Source of the DNA: Paraspadella gotoi | Lineage: Eukaryota; Animalia; Chaetognatha | Direction: 5' to 3' | Assembly (NCBI GenBank): GCA_051294375.1 | Contig: CM119266.1 | Coordinates: 18,284,087 to 18,348,086 of the forward strand | Length of the DNA: 64,000 nt | In this document: in pieces, positions 9,501 to 18,200 of the stretch | How positions within the stretch are numbered: position 1 is the stretch's first letter | How the letters are laid out: each line of letters begins with the position of its first letter | Translations under genes and position numbers: made by a program | Notes under the pieces: model-generated | Seen by the model: only the letters and a program-made list of their open reading frames with translations | Told to the model about the DNA's origin: nothing | Databases searched by the model: none

Positions 9501-11787
9501 GCAACTGCTGCCCACCAATGTGCTCAGATGGATCACTGAAATACGACAAGAATGTCAACCTAGGGAAGTCATCCTCGTCAAGAGCGAGGACAACCCCGCC
9601 GACTTCTTGACCCGATTCACAGACCAAGGGCAAGTAACACCCCTTGACACCCCTTTTTTTCCGGCGGGTTTTGACGTCTCTGGAAAATATGAACCAGGTT
9701 TCGCGGAAAATCCAGTATATGACCAAGAAACCCCAGAGCACTTGGACCTCATCACGGGACACGCCCCGACACTAGCATTAGTAGCAGGAGCACTAACCGA
9801 GGACACGAAGGCATTCAGAGCAAGGTTCTTTGAGTTTGTGCGGCAACAATTTGCACAAAGGAAGGCCAACATTGAAAGATTATACGGCAAGCCAAAAACA
9901 AAAGATCCCGACACTTTCGTGAGAACAATATCAGCCAAGGACTGGTTACTAGGACATCCAGAACTAGAAATGCTCAGCGAGATGACGGGAATCACCCTGA
10001 TTATGATGGACGAGGACTCTACCAAAGAAGCAGGCTGCAAATTCGAAAGGGTTTATGGCTTACCAACGAACAGCAGAACTCTGAAAATATTCAGAACAAT
10101 CACAGGACAAGTTAGTCTAGTCAGTGATGAAAGCCAGACATCACCCTTACGACCGGCCACCCTCGAACCCATCCAAACAATCAAAGTTGATACACTCAAA
10201 CAACCAGAGCGCAGAGGCCGGCCAAAGACCCTCAAAGTCGACATACATCACATCGACGCCCTCCCTGAGGACTTCATAAATTTACAAGTAGATGCCGCCA
10301 GCGCCAACGCCACCCTGACATCAAAACCACCAATGGAGTTGTCTCACACCATAGAAGCGTCAAACACCAACTGGCCCGGCGCTCACCAAGAACTCATGAT
10401 TGACAGCACCCTCGAAGCAGACGTCGACGCCACGGAAGATGAAATCGCGGAAGAGATCAAAGAACCGCAAGAAAAGCAATCTAACATCGTCCCCATCGCC
10501 TCTGAAATAAAAAGATGGCAAAATGAAGATGAATCCTTCAAACTAGTCATTGAAGCCCTTAAGGAGGGCGATCGCGAAAAGGCGAGGCAGAAATTGGACG
10601 AAAAGATGCAAAAGAGAAAAACAACTACTGAAAAATACTTGTCAAACTGCATGGACGACCTCGACGTCACCAAAAATAACATTCTAATAATCAAAGGCTT
10701 CAAGGCAAACACCCCCACAAAAAAATTTGTGGTACCAACCTCAAAGGCAGAAGAAATCACAAAACAACTCCACGAACGCTTTGGGCACCCTGGACGCGAT
10801 CGAACAGCCTTTATTGCAGCCCAGTACATCTCAGCTCCAGGGCTCACAGCGGCCGCCGCCAAATGCCTTCGAAACTGCGACAACTGCGCCAAAGCGACGG
10901 ACGCGCAGCGACATAATGAAACACCATCAAACCCAAACCTAGCCATCGCCCCCTGGGAGTCGCTTAGCATCGACGTTATGCACCTCCCTCAAGTCGCTGG
11001 ATATAACTACATACTAGTAGCCTCAGACAATGCATCGGCATACACCTGGGCTATACCATTGCGCAGAGCAGACGCCACAACAATCGTGAAGGCCCTCGAT
11101 GAAAAGATCTTCCTCCAACATGGATCCTACATGGAAGTGAACTTCGACGGAGCAACACAACTAAATGGTTCGGCGATGAAATCAATACTAGACCTACTAG
11201 ACACAGTGGGCAGACGCGTCCTTGTGGGCAGGAAGGACAGCAACAGAGCAGAAAGAGATATCGGCAGAATCCGCCAAGCATTACGGAAAGCAGTAGACGA
11301 CCAGCCAAACAAATGGCTTGAACAACTACCGCACCTCATGCTCCTCCTCAATGCGACACCCATAGTAGGTTGGAAGACAGATATGTCGCCACACGAAATC
11401 CAGTTTGGCCACAGGCCAAGAATAGTTGAAAGCGCCGATGACTTTACAAAAAGAAATCTCATCGACTTTATCAGACAAAGGGCAAACAAACAGGAAGAAG
11501 CCCAAGCACAACTGGCCAAACAGAGAACTAAGCTCTACAAAAAATCGGCCAGAAGAAATCCATACAGACAGCCAGAGGAGATTAAGGTCGGCGACCTGGT
11601 CCTGACCAGACGTGATCTGATTATGAACGGAGCAGCGACGACCGAAAACAAGGTTAAAAGAATTTATTCTGGCCCTCACAAAGTAGTAGAGAAAGATGGA
11701 AACCACTACGTCGTCTCCATAGCCGGCAGGAATCTAAAGTATCACAGACGCCGCCTCAAAAGACATGAGACAAAAACTACAAAATAG
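6541..11787 (+). CDS. pol: Pol polyprotein (protease, RT, RNase H, OTU-like insert, integrase)
   Basis: Protease LYDTGAS (~7290); RT WRLICDL, DILACFHQV, LPMG, YVDD (~8790); RNase H YADAS...ETLA...TDS...NPADFLTR (~9250-9615); integrase HERFGH...CDNC, D-D-E (SIDVM, NFDGA, AERDIG) and GPY/F-like YSGPHKV. Four 10-N gaps interrupt the ORF. Confidence 0.95.
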   Translation: MAIDTRPVEGNLREKVKELAQTANKLRGKSTASRMHKLLKPLNASEIALANKYLHKMGWKDWSLVDTAGKKAIISRSKACAKLMRRARRNDDTAPSPXXXXPPPSLPPSPHPTEDFNADTALPAAYPHPQHKKNRPNPTKRGERLGLRKLRPAGSKNNPTYRIIAGEQNGESLHQATIRRVELECHQPENFPPPRKKPETHKDEKDMPGXXXXQGTTGPEPRDDTGINRLTGKNSYIPAVIAGAPASCLYDTGASINTVPRKFVEKWGLSNSIYHGTPLRLSTATGTITLTERINLRIMFQKWVLHTVFYVSADENDQDIIIGTAITNPGPPNQLWVVQPSDKRENLQVASMDSKPITHLFGDKHEALKAARWLARGNVDEHTVLPIHSERGEDGKTRITSNRAYWKTLTGSRWIVEAKNDDKSYIADGDQLKEGVELDAEPGYWGTARPLITNEAKVDLHLETEATAEPVQADLSGERPLLRKVRKDHIPATTIVHHKPSAEELKAVEEARQKRKQKHDERGKEAFLKPFKDVDPSLKDQAQQVWEIVWEYRDVFGESINDCKEGFLNYKVDLGYTNEDLPKPKFANQGPVKKAALKRYLEVXXXXGIVSRTRNEAYSNAFLIKKPGHIAEGQDQMNDETFAKQWRLICDLSAVNDNISTYATEPQTIASILEQYKPHELQCSVDILACFHQVNLTDRCKPVTTFAGAXXXXWMNKLPMGGVNSVNVLQAILDEIFQDLGTDVKSFLVYVDDLILTAKSPEDMAHRLRDLLQRCRDENVVLKWTKSVLLRKEDIKILGFSISKSKLMPQREKLDAVEVKLKSLKTQKELRAMLASLNYYRCFTHRFSYIAQPLHALTLLDKKDFKLTDKHTEMLQLLIEEIRSSPGLNFLNDARIRQGSYRIYADASTSAMGGLITATADGIEYPLSFHSKSFPDEYRIKHINVLETLAFNMMVRKFKGYTCGRNVTLVTDSQYFKRVMDLQHDRQQLLPTNVLRWITEIRQECQPREVILVKSEDNPADFLTRFTDQGQVTPLDTPFFPAGFDVSGKYEPGFAENPVYDQETPEHLDLITGHAPTLALVAGALTEDTKAFRARFFEFVRQQFAQRKANIERLYGKPKTKDPDTFVRTISAKDWLLGHPELEMLSEMTGITLIMMDEDSTKEAGCKFERVYGLPTNSRTLKIFRTITGQVSLVSDESQTSPLRPATLEPIQTIKVDTLKQPERRGRPKTLKVDIHHIDALPEDFINLQVDAASANATLTSKPPMELSHTIEASNTNWPGAHQELMIDSTLEADVDATEDEIAEEIKEPQEKQSNIVPIASEIKRWQNEDESFKLVIEALKEGDREKARQKLDEKMQKRKTTTEKYLSNCMDDLDVTKNNILIIKGFKANTPTKKFVVPTSKAEEITKQLHERFGHPGRDRTAFIAAQYISAPGLTAAAAKCLRNCDNCAKATDAQRHNETPSNPNLAIAPWESLSIDVMHLPQVAGYNYILVASDNASAYTWAIPLRRADATTIVKALDEKIFLQHGSYMEVNFDGATQLNGSAMKSILDLLDTVGRRVLVGRKDSNRAERDIGRIRQALRKAVDDQPNKWLEQLPHLMLLLNATPIVGWKTDMSPHEIQFGHRPRIVESADDFTKRNLIDFIRQRANKQEEAQAQLAKQRTKLYKKSARRNPYRQPEEIKVGDLVLTRRDLIMNGAATTENKVKRIYSGPHKVVEKDGNHYVVSIAGRNLKYHRRRLKRHETKTTK

Positions 11788-12305
11788 ATATTCTTTTCTC
11801 TTCTCCAAAAGAAAAAGAAATATATTTTTTCTCTCCAAAAGACGTAGACAAGTAGACGAGACACAAAGATGTAGACAAAGTAGACGAGACACAAAAACGT
11901 AGACATACAACAATAGAAGCCCCGGAAACAGACAGAAACAATCTCGCCTATCCTCTCAAGCGACCAGCAAAAAAAGAAGAAACAACAACAAAAAAAAAAA
12001 AAACAAAAGACTTCCGGAAAGCCACGGAACAAGGCTCCTCCGCGAAGCGACGATCGATAACAAAGGCCCTCGCCTCGCCAAAACAAAAAAGAAGCCAAGA
12101 GAAAGAAAGAAAGCGACGAGAAGGAAGGTTTAAAAGGACGACGCCGAGAGGGAACTCCACCATTCCAAATCAAGATTCTCTCTCAAAAAGAAGCTCGAGA
12201 CACAGAATCCGAAAACAAAAATTATTTTTTGCTTTTCGAAATTCTCTCTCTCTCTTTTCGAAATTCTCTCTCTCTCCCTTGACAAGAAGAAACAAAAAAA
12301 AACAG

Positions 12306-12494
12306 AGTCTTTTTAAAGACTAAGCCCAAAAGTCTTTTTTAAGACTAATCTAAAAAGATCATCTAAACCAAAAGTCTTTTTAAAGACTAAGCCCAAAAGT
12401 CTTTTTTAAGACTCATCTAAAAAGATCATCCAAACCAAAAGTCTTTTTAAAGACTAAGCCCAAAGGTCTTTTTTAAGACTAATCTAAAAAGATC
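12306..12494. repeat. Three 67-bp tandem units, each containing two 16-bp palindromes AGTCTTTTTWAAGACT
   Basis: Palindromes start at 12306, 12331, 12373, 12398, 12440 and 12465, in the pol-env spacer. Confidence 0.9.
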
Positions 12495-12533
12495 GGCAAA
12501 ATAAAAGGGTCCCAGAACTCAGCTCAAAGGAAG

Positions 12534-14435
12534 ATGATAGCGATAGCCTTCCTTTGCGTCAGCGTCACCCTCGTCAACTGGGTATCGGTGGATGGAGCCA
12601 ACCACCCAACTGACGTCGTCCAAATTTACGACTGCAATAAAACTTCAGATCACGCTGCAACGATGTTAGATCCGCATCACTGTGACAACATAACGCCGGT
12701 TACAGAGAAAATAAGCCGCGGCGAACTCGTGTTCATCCCCAGCAAAGAAGAACACGACGGGAAGGGATGCGACTTGACCATTATGGCATCTGGCAGCGTA
12801 TGTGGATGGTGGTCCATCCAATACCCGAACCTGAAGGCAGTGGACCACTTCACGCTCACCAGGATGCAGTGCCTCAAATTACACAAAGGAGAGCGCATTT
12901 CGCTAGACAACATCCCCGTCAAACTAGCAGATCGCACGGGAGTGATGAGACCACTCATGATCGAAGGTGGAAAACTCGGACTAAACCAAGCAACTCACGA
13001 GATAGGCACTACCGATGCAGATGGCTACTGCACAGGAGAAAAGCTAATCTTCCATGACTATACATACGATGGTGAGAGAGCCACCCTCACGATCAATCTC
13101 ACTCTCTACGAACAGAAGGTTCGGCTGGAAAACATTGGAAACATGCCCAGCAGAACTGACTGTGACAAAGCGTCGCAAGCCTGCACCTATCCAGGTGGAA
13201 TCCTGGCATGGAAGGACCCCAGCTGCCGGGCTCATCGGGCCTACACAGGGCCGATAGCACGCAGCACAGATGGCTTCATCAGGACCCTAACCCAAGCCGA
13301 CAAAGAAACTGCACTAAAGAACTGCACCCTTAGAGATGGCAAGACGCCCTGCAGCCAAAATCAAGAAATAAAAAGAAATCCGACCAGCTGCTGGAAAGAA
13401 TGCCTCAGCTCCTTCGTCCGGCCCAAAAACCTGGATAATTATGAACGCTGTGCACCAATCTGTGAGACTCAAAACAAGCTACTGTTTACACTACGGCTGG
13501 CGGGAAAACGGAAGCATGTACCAGGTTGCGACATCGAAGTGGAGGAAACCAACTCCCCCCACTTCTACTTCACCAACCAAGTCACTCGCGACCTGGCCAC
13601 AGATGAAAAATTAATCGAGGCATTACGGGAGAAAGGATCGAGATTGGCAGTAGAAAATCACGAGAGCCTTACTGCCTTATCCAGAGCACTACGCAAAGAA
13701 ATTTGCGACCTCAAGGTCACGGAGGCACGAGCAACTGCAGCCGTGGCCCACAAAAACCCCACCTCAACAACCTTCCTAAAGAGAGGGGTGGTCGCAATCA
13801 TAAGAGGCGAGCTGCTAGTCACGGCCAAGTGTGACGAGACGCTTGCCCATGTCCGAACCACCAAAGAGTGTTACCATGATCTTCCTATCACCTTCAGAGG
13901 CCAGCAAGTCTACAGACACTCCATCCACCATCACGTCGTCAAATCATCAACACAAACAAAATGCTCCCCGCCACCAATCTACCTCATAAACGGAAAATAT
14001 AGGACAGTAGATGGCGAACAGCATAACAACTATCAGCACATAACTTCAAACCTGCCAAACACGCATGATCACGTCTCGAACGAGCAACAAATCTACCTGC
14101 AAATTGGGGACTTCCTTATCCAGCACGACAAATTCACTAAGGATCAGCAGGACTTCAAGAAGTACGTCGGCGAAATATCAAGAGGATCACCTTACACAAC
14201 CATAAAAAGAATCTTCGGGAATATCCCAAAGTGGACGTGGCTGGCCGATGCATCGAACCTCATCCCATTCATCTCGATCATCGTGACAATTATCATAGGA
14301 ATAGCGCTAGCCTGTTACTGCTGCCCGCCCTGCACCGCAAGACGAGCACCACAACAACCCGAAACCTTGACCTTGGAACAGGTCCGAAACAGGATATTCG
14401 TCCCCCTCACGGTCTCGACTCCAGCTACCGACTGA
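12534..14435 (+). CDS. env: Env glycoprotein, chuvirus-G-like / class III (gB-type) fusion protein, 633 aa
   Basis: Signal peptide, Cys-rich ectodomain with YDC, CGWWS, DGYCTG, GILAWKDPSC, GELLVTAKC, R-T-T-K-E-C-Y-H-D-L-P motifs, C-terminal TM helix (LIPFISIIVTIIIGIALA), juxtamembrane CYCCPPC and a short tail. It ends just before the PPT. Confidence 0.85.
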   Translation: MIAIAFLCVSVTLVNWVSVDGANHPTDVVQIYDCNKTSDHAATMLDPHHCDNITPVTEKISRGELVFIPSKEEHDGKGCDLTIMASGSVCGWWSIQYPNLKAVDHFTLTRMQCLKLHKGERISLDNIPVKLADRTGVMRPLMIEGGKLGLNQATHEIGTTDADGYCTGEKLIFHDYTYDGERATLTINLTLYEQKVRLENIGNMPSRTDCDKASQACTYPGGILAWKDPSCRAHRAYTGPIARSTDGFIRTLTQADKETALKNCTLRDGKTPCSQNQEIKRNPTSCWKECLSSFVRPKNLDNYERCAPICETQNKLLFTLRLAGKRKHVPGCDIEVEETNSPHFYFTNQVTRDLATDEKLIEALREKGSRLAVENHESLTALSRALRKEICDLKVTEARATAAVAHKNPTSTTFLKRGVVAIIRGELLVTAKCDETLAHVRTTKECYHDLPITFRGQQVYRHSIHHHVVKSSTQTKCSPPPIYLINGKYRTVDGEQHNNYQHITSNLPNTHDHVSNEQQIYLQIGDFLIQHDKFTKDQQDFKKYVGEISRGSPYTTIKRIFGNIPKWTWLADASNLIPFISIIVTIIIGIALACYCCPPCTARRAPQQPETLTLEQVRNRIFVPLTVSTPATD

Positions 14436-14452
14436 CCACGTACGCTGTCGTC

Positions 14453-14466
14453 AGAGGAGGGGGGGA
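14453..14466 (+). promoter_or_regulatory. Polypurine tract
   Basis: AGAGGAGGGGGGGA, 2 nt upstream of the 3' LTR start. Confidence 0.85.
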
Positions 14467-14468
14467 CG

Positions 14469-14770
14469 CATCGCAGAGGAATCAAACTCAAGAAACCGGA
14501 TCGGCGACGCGAGTAGAAGATTCGAAGGAAGTAAAATGGAACTCTCTCATTGGCCAGGAGACAAATGGCACCAGCCAATGACCAGATGGGCTTCCTTCCG
14601 CCGAGGAATTTTTACCCTTACCTCCGATCCGATGGAAGAGTATAAATTGGGAACAAAATTGTATTGATTCACTCTGCCTGGAATTTGACACCGTCTTAAT
14701 ATTGTTTATCTTCTGAGAAATAAATTCCATTCTGATTTCATATCGAAATCCCTGTCTACTTACTTAAATG
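14469..14770 (+). repeat. 3' LTR (~302 bp)
   Basis: CATCGCAGAG...TACTTAAATG, a direct repeat of 4555-4853. Confidence 0.9.
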
Positions 14771-15209
14771 TAATCAGATTCTTTTCAAAAAGCTTGCATA
14801 TTTTTGGAAAAGCATTCCCGAATTTGAAAGATGGACAACACAAATAATTTTTCCAGACAGTCAACACCACAATTTCAAACCATATACCAGAGCTATTTGT
14901 TATCATGGCTTTAGAAAATATGTCAATAAAATGAAAAATTGAATTTGTTGAATTTTTAACAATTTCATTTCTTTATCTTAGCTAAAAGTTTGAATACTTT
15001 TGGGAAAGCGTTTTTGAATTGGAAAATGGACATTTCAAATGGTTTATACGAATAACAAAAGCGGACAGTAAAATCGTTCAGTAGAGCCTATCCTATTGTT
15101 ATGAAAGTTTTCAACATTTTGCAGATCAAATAAAAAAAGAATTTTGAAAAATTCTAAGTATTGTTGTTTACTTTTTTTTACTTTTTATACAATATTTTAA
15201 GTTTGACAG

Positions 15210-18200
15210 ACGTTGCGAGTTTTTTTCAGAAGAAAATGAAACTGAAGATATAAATAACATTATGAGTCAAACATCGGGGGCGATAACGCAGGCAACTGCC
15301 CCTACACCTCTACTGACAATTCCAATCATACCTTCTCACCATCAGGTATAAACGAAATTCGGGCAATATCTTATCTTGATAATGGCTTTTTAAGTTTTGG
15401 TCTAAAATTATTTTATGTTTCACCTTTAAAATATGTTTTGAGAAAGGATGTTTACCTCGAGTCCACCTTGCACAACAGATTCCCTTATTTGCATTCCCTT
15501 TGCCACCACACGTCGTCATCCCTGCGACATTTCAAACTCCGGCTTCCACTATTGTATCGTCGACAGGGACAACGTTTGTCAGTACTCAATGTCAACCTCC
15601 TATTCTTAGACCGCAAAGCGAACAGGTATATTTTTTAAAAGTTTACTGCCAGCCATAAAACCATTTTAACCTACTCTTCACCCTCTAAAGACTCAGGATG
15701 AAGAGGGCGAAACCCCTATGGACTGCTCGGTTTCTCAACCGCCCGTCCTCCATCCCGAGTCGGACACAGAGGAAGAGCAGGTGGACATGGAGATGCCGAT
15801 TGAGAATAGAGTGCCTCAACCTCCAGTTTTGCACCCGGAAAACGAAGAGAAGGACAACCAACCACCTGTTCTGCACCCAGAGGCTATTCAAGTGCAGCAA
15901 ATTCATCAGGTTCCCCAAGTGCAGACCGTGCAGACGGTACAGGGGGTACAAACTGTGCAACAAGTGCAGGGGGTGCAGACAGTGCAGCAATTGCAACCTA
16001 TTCATCAAATTCAGCAGGTAAGAGAAAAATAATTCTTCTCTGGTTTATATTTCAATTTCATAATTAATATCTTTCCTCACTGAACTATGAACTCACTTGC
16101 CTGTCAGGTGGTTTGCACCGATGCGAATGGAATCAAAATGAACTACACTATCCCGGTGGACAAAGCTACCATCATCGTGAAAAACCCCAACACCTCAAAG
16201 AGCAGCAGCGGGTAAGGTCGGAATAAAAGGCAAACGTTAAATTTGAACAAAACCTTTGACATTCGAATCATGATTAGGATAGTACCAAAATAAAAAATTT
16301 ACTAGTTTTAAACAAACCTGTTAACGATGATGAAGGCTTGAAAATAAAGCCGAAACATGTCCGTTTTATTCCAATAAAACAAAAATCGTTGTGGAAATTC
16401 TAAATCAAACTTCTCTTAAAGTTTTAGATTTTAAAATATTTACTAATATGTATTATTTTATTTTTTTTAATATATTTTTATTGTTAGTTTTTATTAGCTT
16501 TCTTTTAAAATAATAAAAACCGAAAAACTTACTATTATTGGGAAAGGTATATTAGTGTTATCTTCAGGAAATAGAGGGAGTGTGGCGATATATTCACACC
16601 GCCTCAAGAGCATCTATACAATACTAGGTTTTATTACTTTCTGCCCTAGTTTTCTAAAATATACATCATTCCTACAAGAAAGGCAATAATGAAAACCTAA
16701 AAGGCTAAACATAAAGAGGTGGAAATGGATAATTTCCCCCCCCCCCCGTGTCCGTTCGTGATTGACACCAAAAAAATGCGTACCATTTCTCATTGGATAA
16801 ATATTTTTTAAATTTTCTTTTCTCATTCTATAGCAAAGTACTTGACGTTTATTATATTTTAATTTCATGAGATTAATTTGATATTTACTTATGTAAAACC
16901 TTTCTTTAATGGTCATCCATTTTCATCTTTAGTAAAAAACTGAAGCTTTAAAAAAAATAAAATCATTAGAAATTAATTACTCATTAATTACTTAAAATTA
17001 TTAAAATTCATTTACACCATTAAATTAAGAATTATCTGGGAATCCTTACGATATAAAATAATTATTTAAGACAGTCAAGAACAAGGACAGCATTTTTTCT
17101 AATTGTACGAATTGTATAAAGAAAACTTGAGATTTACAATTTAAAAAAATAAATAAAAAAATCATTACTCAGAAGTTACACAACATTACGATAATTTAGA
17201 TACGCTATTGATTAGACCATTAATAAGGATTTCTTATGATGTAAAATTTTTTTATAATTCAATCAAGAACACGCCTAAAATTGTCTTTTTTCGCAAATTT
17301 TACTGTGTTAGATAAAAAATTAAACATAGAATAGTAAATGAATTAAACACGAAATGAAACATACATAAAAAACGTCAAATAGTTCTCCAACTAATGATAT
17401 ACTTATGAATTATATTTATTAAATATTTAAAGTATAGTAAAGATTTTTTTGGTATCACTCGCGAACGGACACGGTAGTTAAAATTGGTTACAAAAACATA
17501 TAATTTTTTTATATTATTAAGGATAAGAATATGAAGTAAAATAGGATCTGACTGTAGTCCGCCACTACAGGTGGGTTAGACGTTCTTTCCCGCTTACTAG
17601 TATTGACGCCAATGGGGCGCGAACCCAAGACCGCTTGTTGGAAAGAGAGAATTCTTGCTCTTACGCAACCGGGGCTGCCCTGATAGACTCAGGCGGGTAG
17701 CAATAGTAAATTTTTTGCCACACACATTTATATGTTGAATGTAATTTAAAACATTATCTCAAATAATTTACCTTTTAATTTTTATTTTATTTTATTTTAT
17801 TTTTATTTTATTTATATTTTAACGCTTTTGCGCATAAGTATCGTCGTCGTCGTCATTCCAAATTATAGATTATATGATTAAAAATTTTTTTTTCTTAAAT
17901 CGCAAAATATAATTTTTCTGTCTTTGAATTAATTTTTTTTTTTCAAATTTGAATTTTTTAGTATCAAAATTTGTCGTCAATCCAGATTTTTTTATGCGAT
18001 TGCGACGATCCTTATGCTTTTAAGATTTTTTATATTATTTCTTGTTCGTTGGTTCTCTTTTTGTTCACATTAATTTATTTTTTAAAACAATAAGTTTATC
18101 AGTTGGAAACCTATCGCCTTCATAGATTTCGTCTCTTTAATCCTAATATCCAGCCAAATGGTGATCCTTCTATCAATGTTATATGAAGGTTTCAGGTTAT

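Larger units (their letters stand above)
4555..14770 (+). mobile_element. Full-length env-bearing Ty3/gypsy (Metaviridae-like) LTR retroelement / invertebrate endogenous retrovirus
   Basis: Two ~300-bp direct repeats, a PBS after the 5' repeat, a PPT before the 3' repeat, a gag-like ORF, pol in PR-RT-RH-IN order (gypsy/retrovirus order, gypsy-type RT and IN motifs) and a third ORF encoding a type I membrane glycoprotein. Confidence 0.95.

Noticed and set aside
5078-14578. Antisense ORFs within the retroelement (e.g. 10383-10970, 9555-10040)
   Set aside because: Expected shadows of long sense ORFs, with no recognisable motifs.
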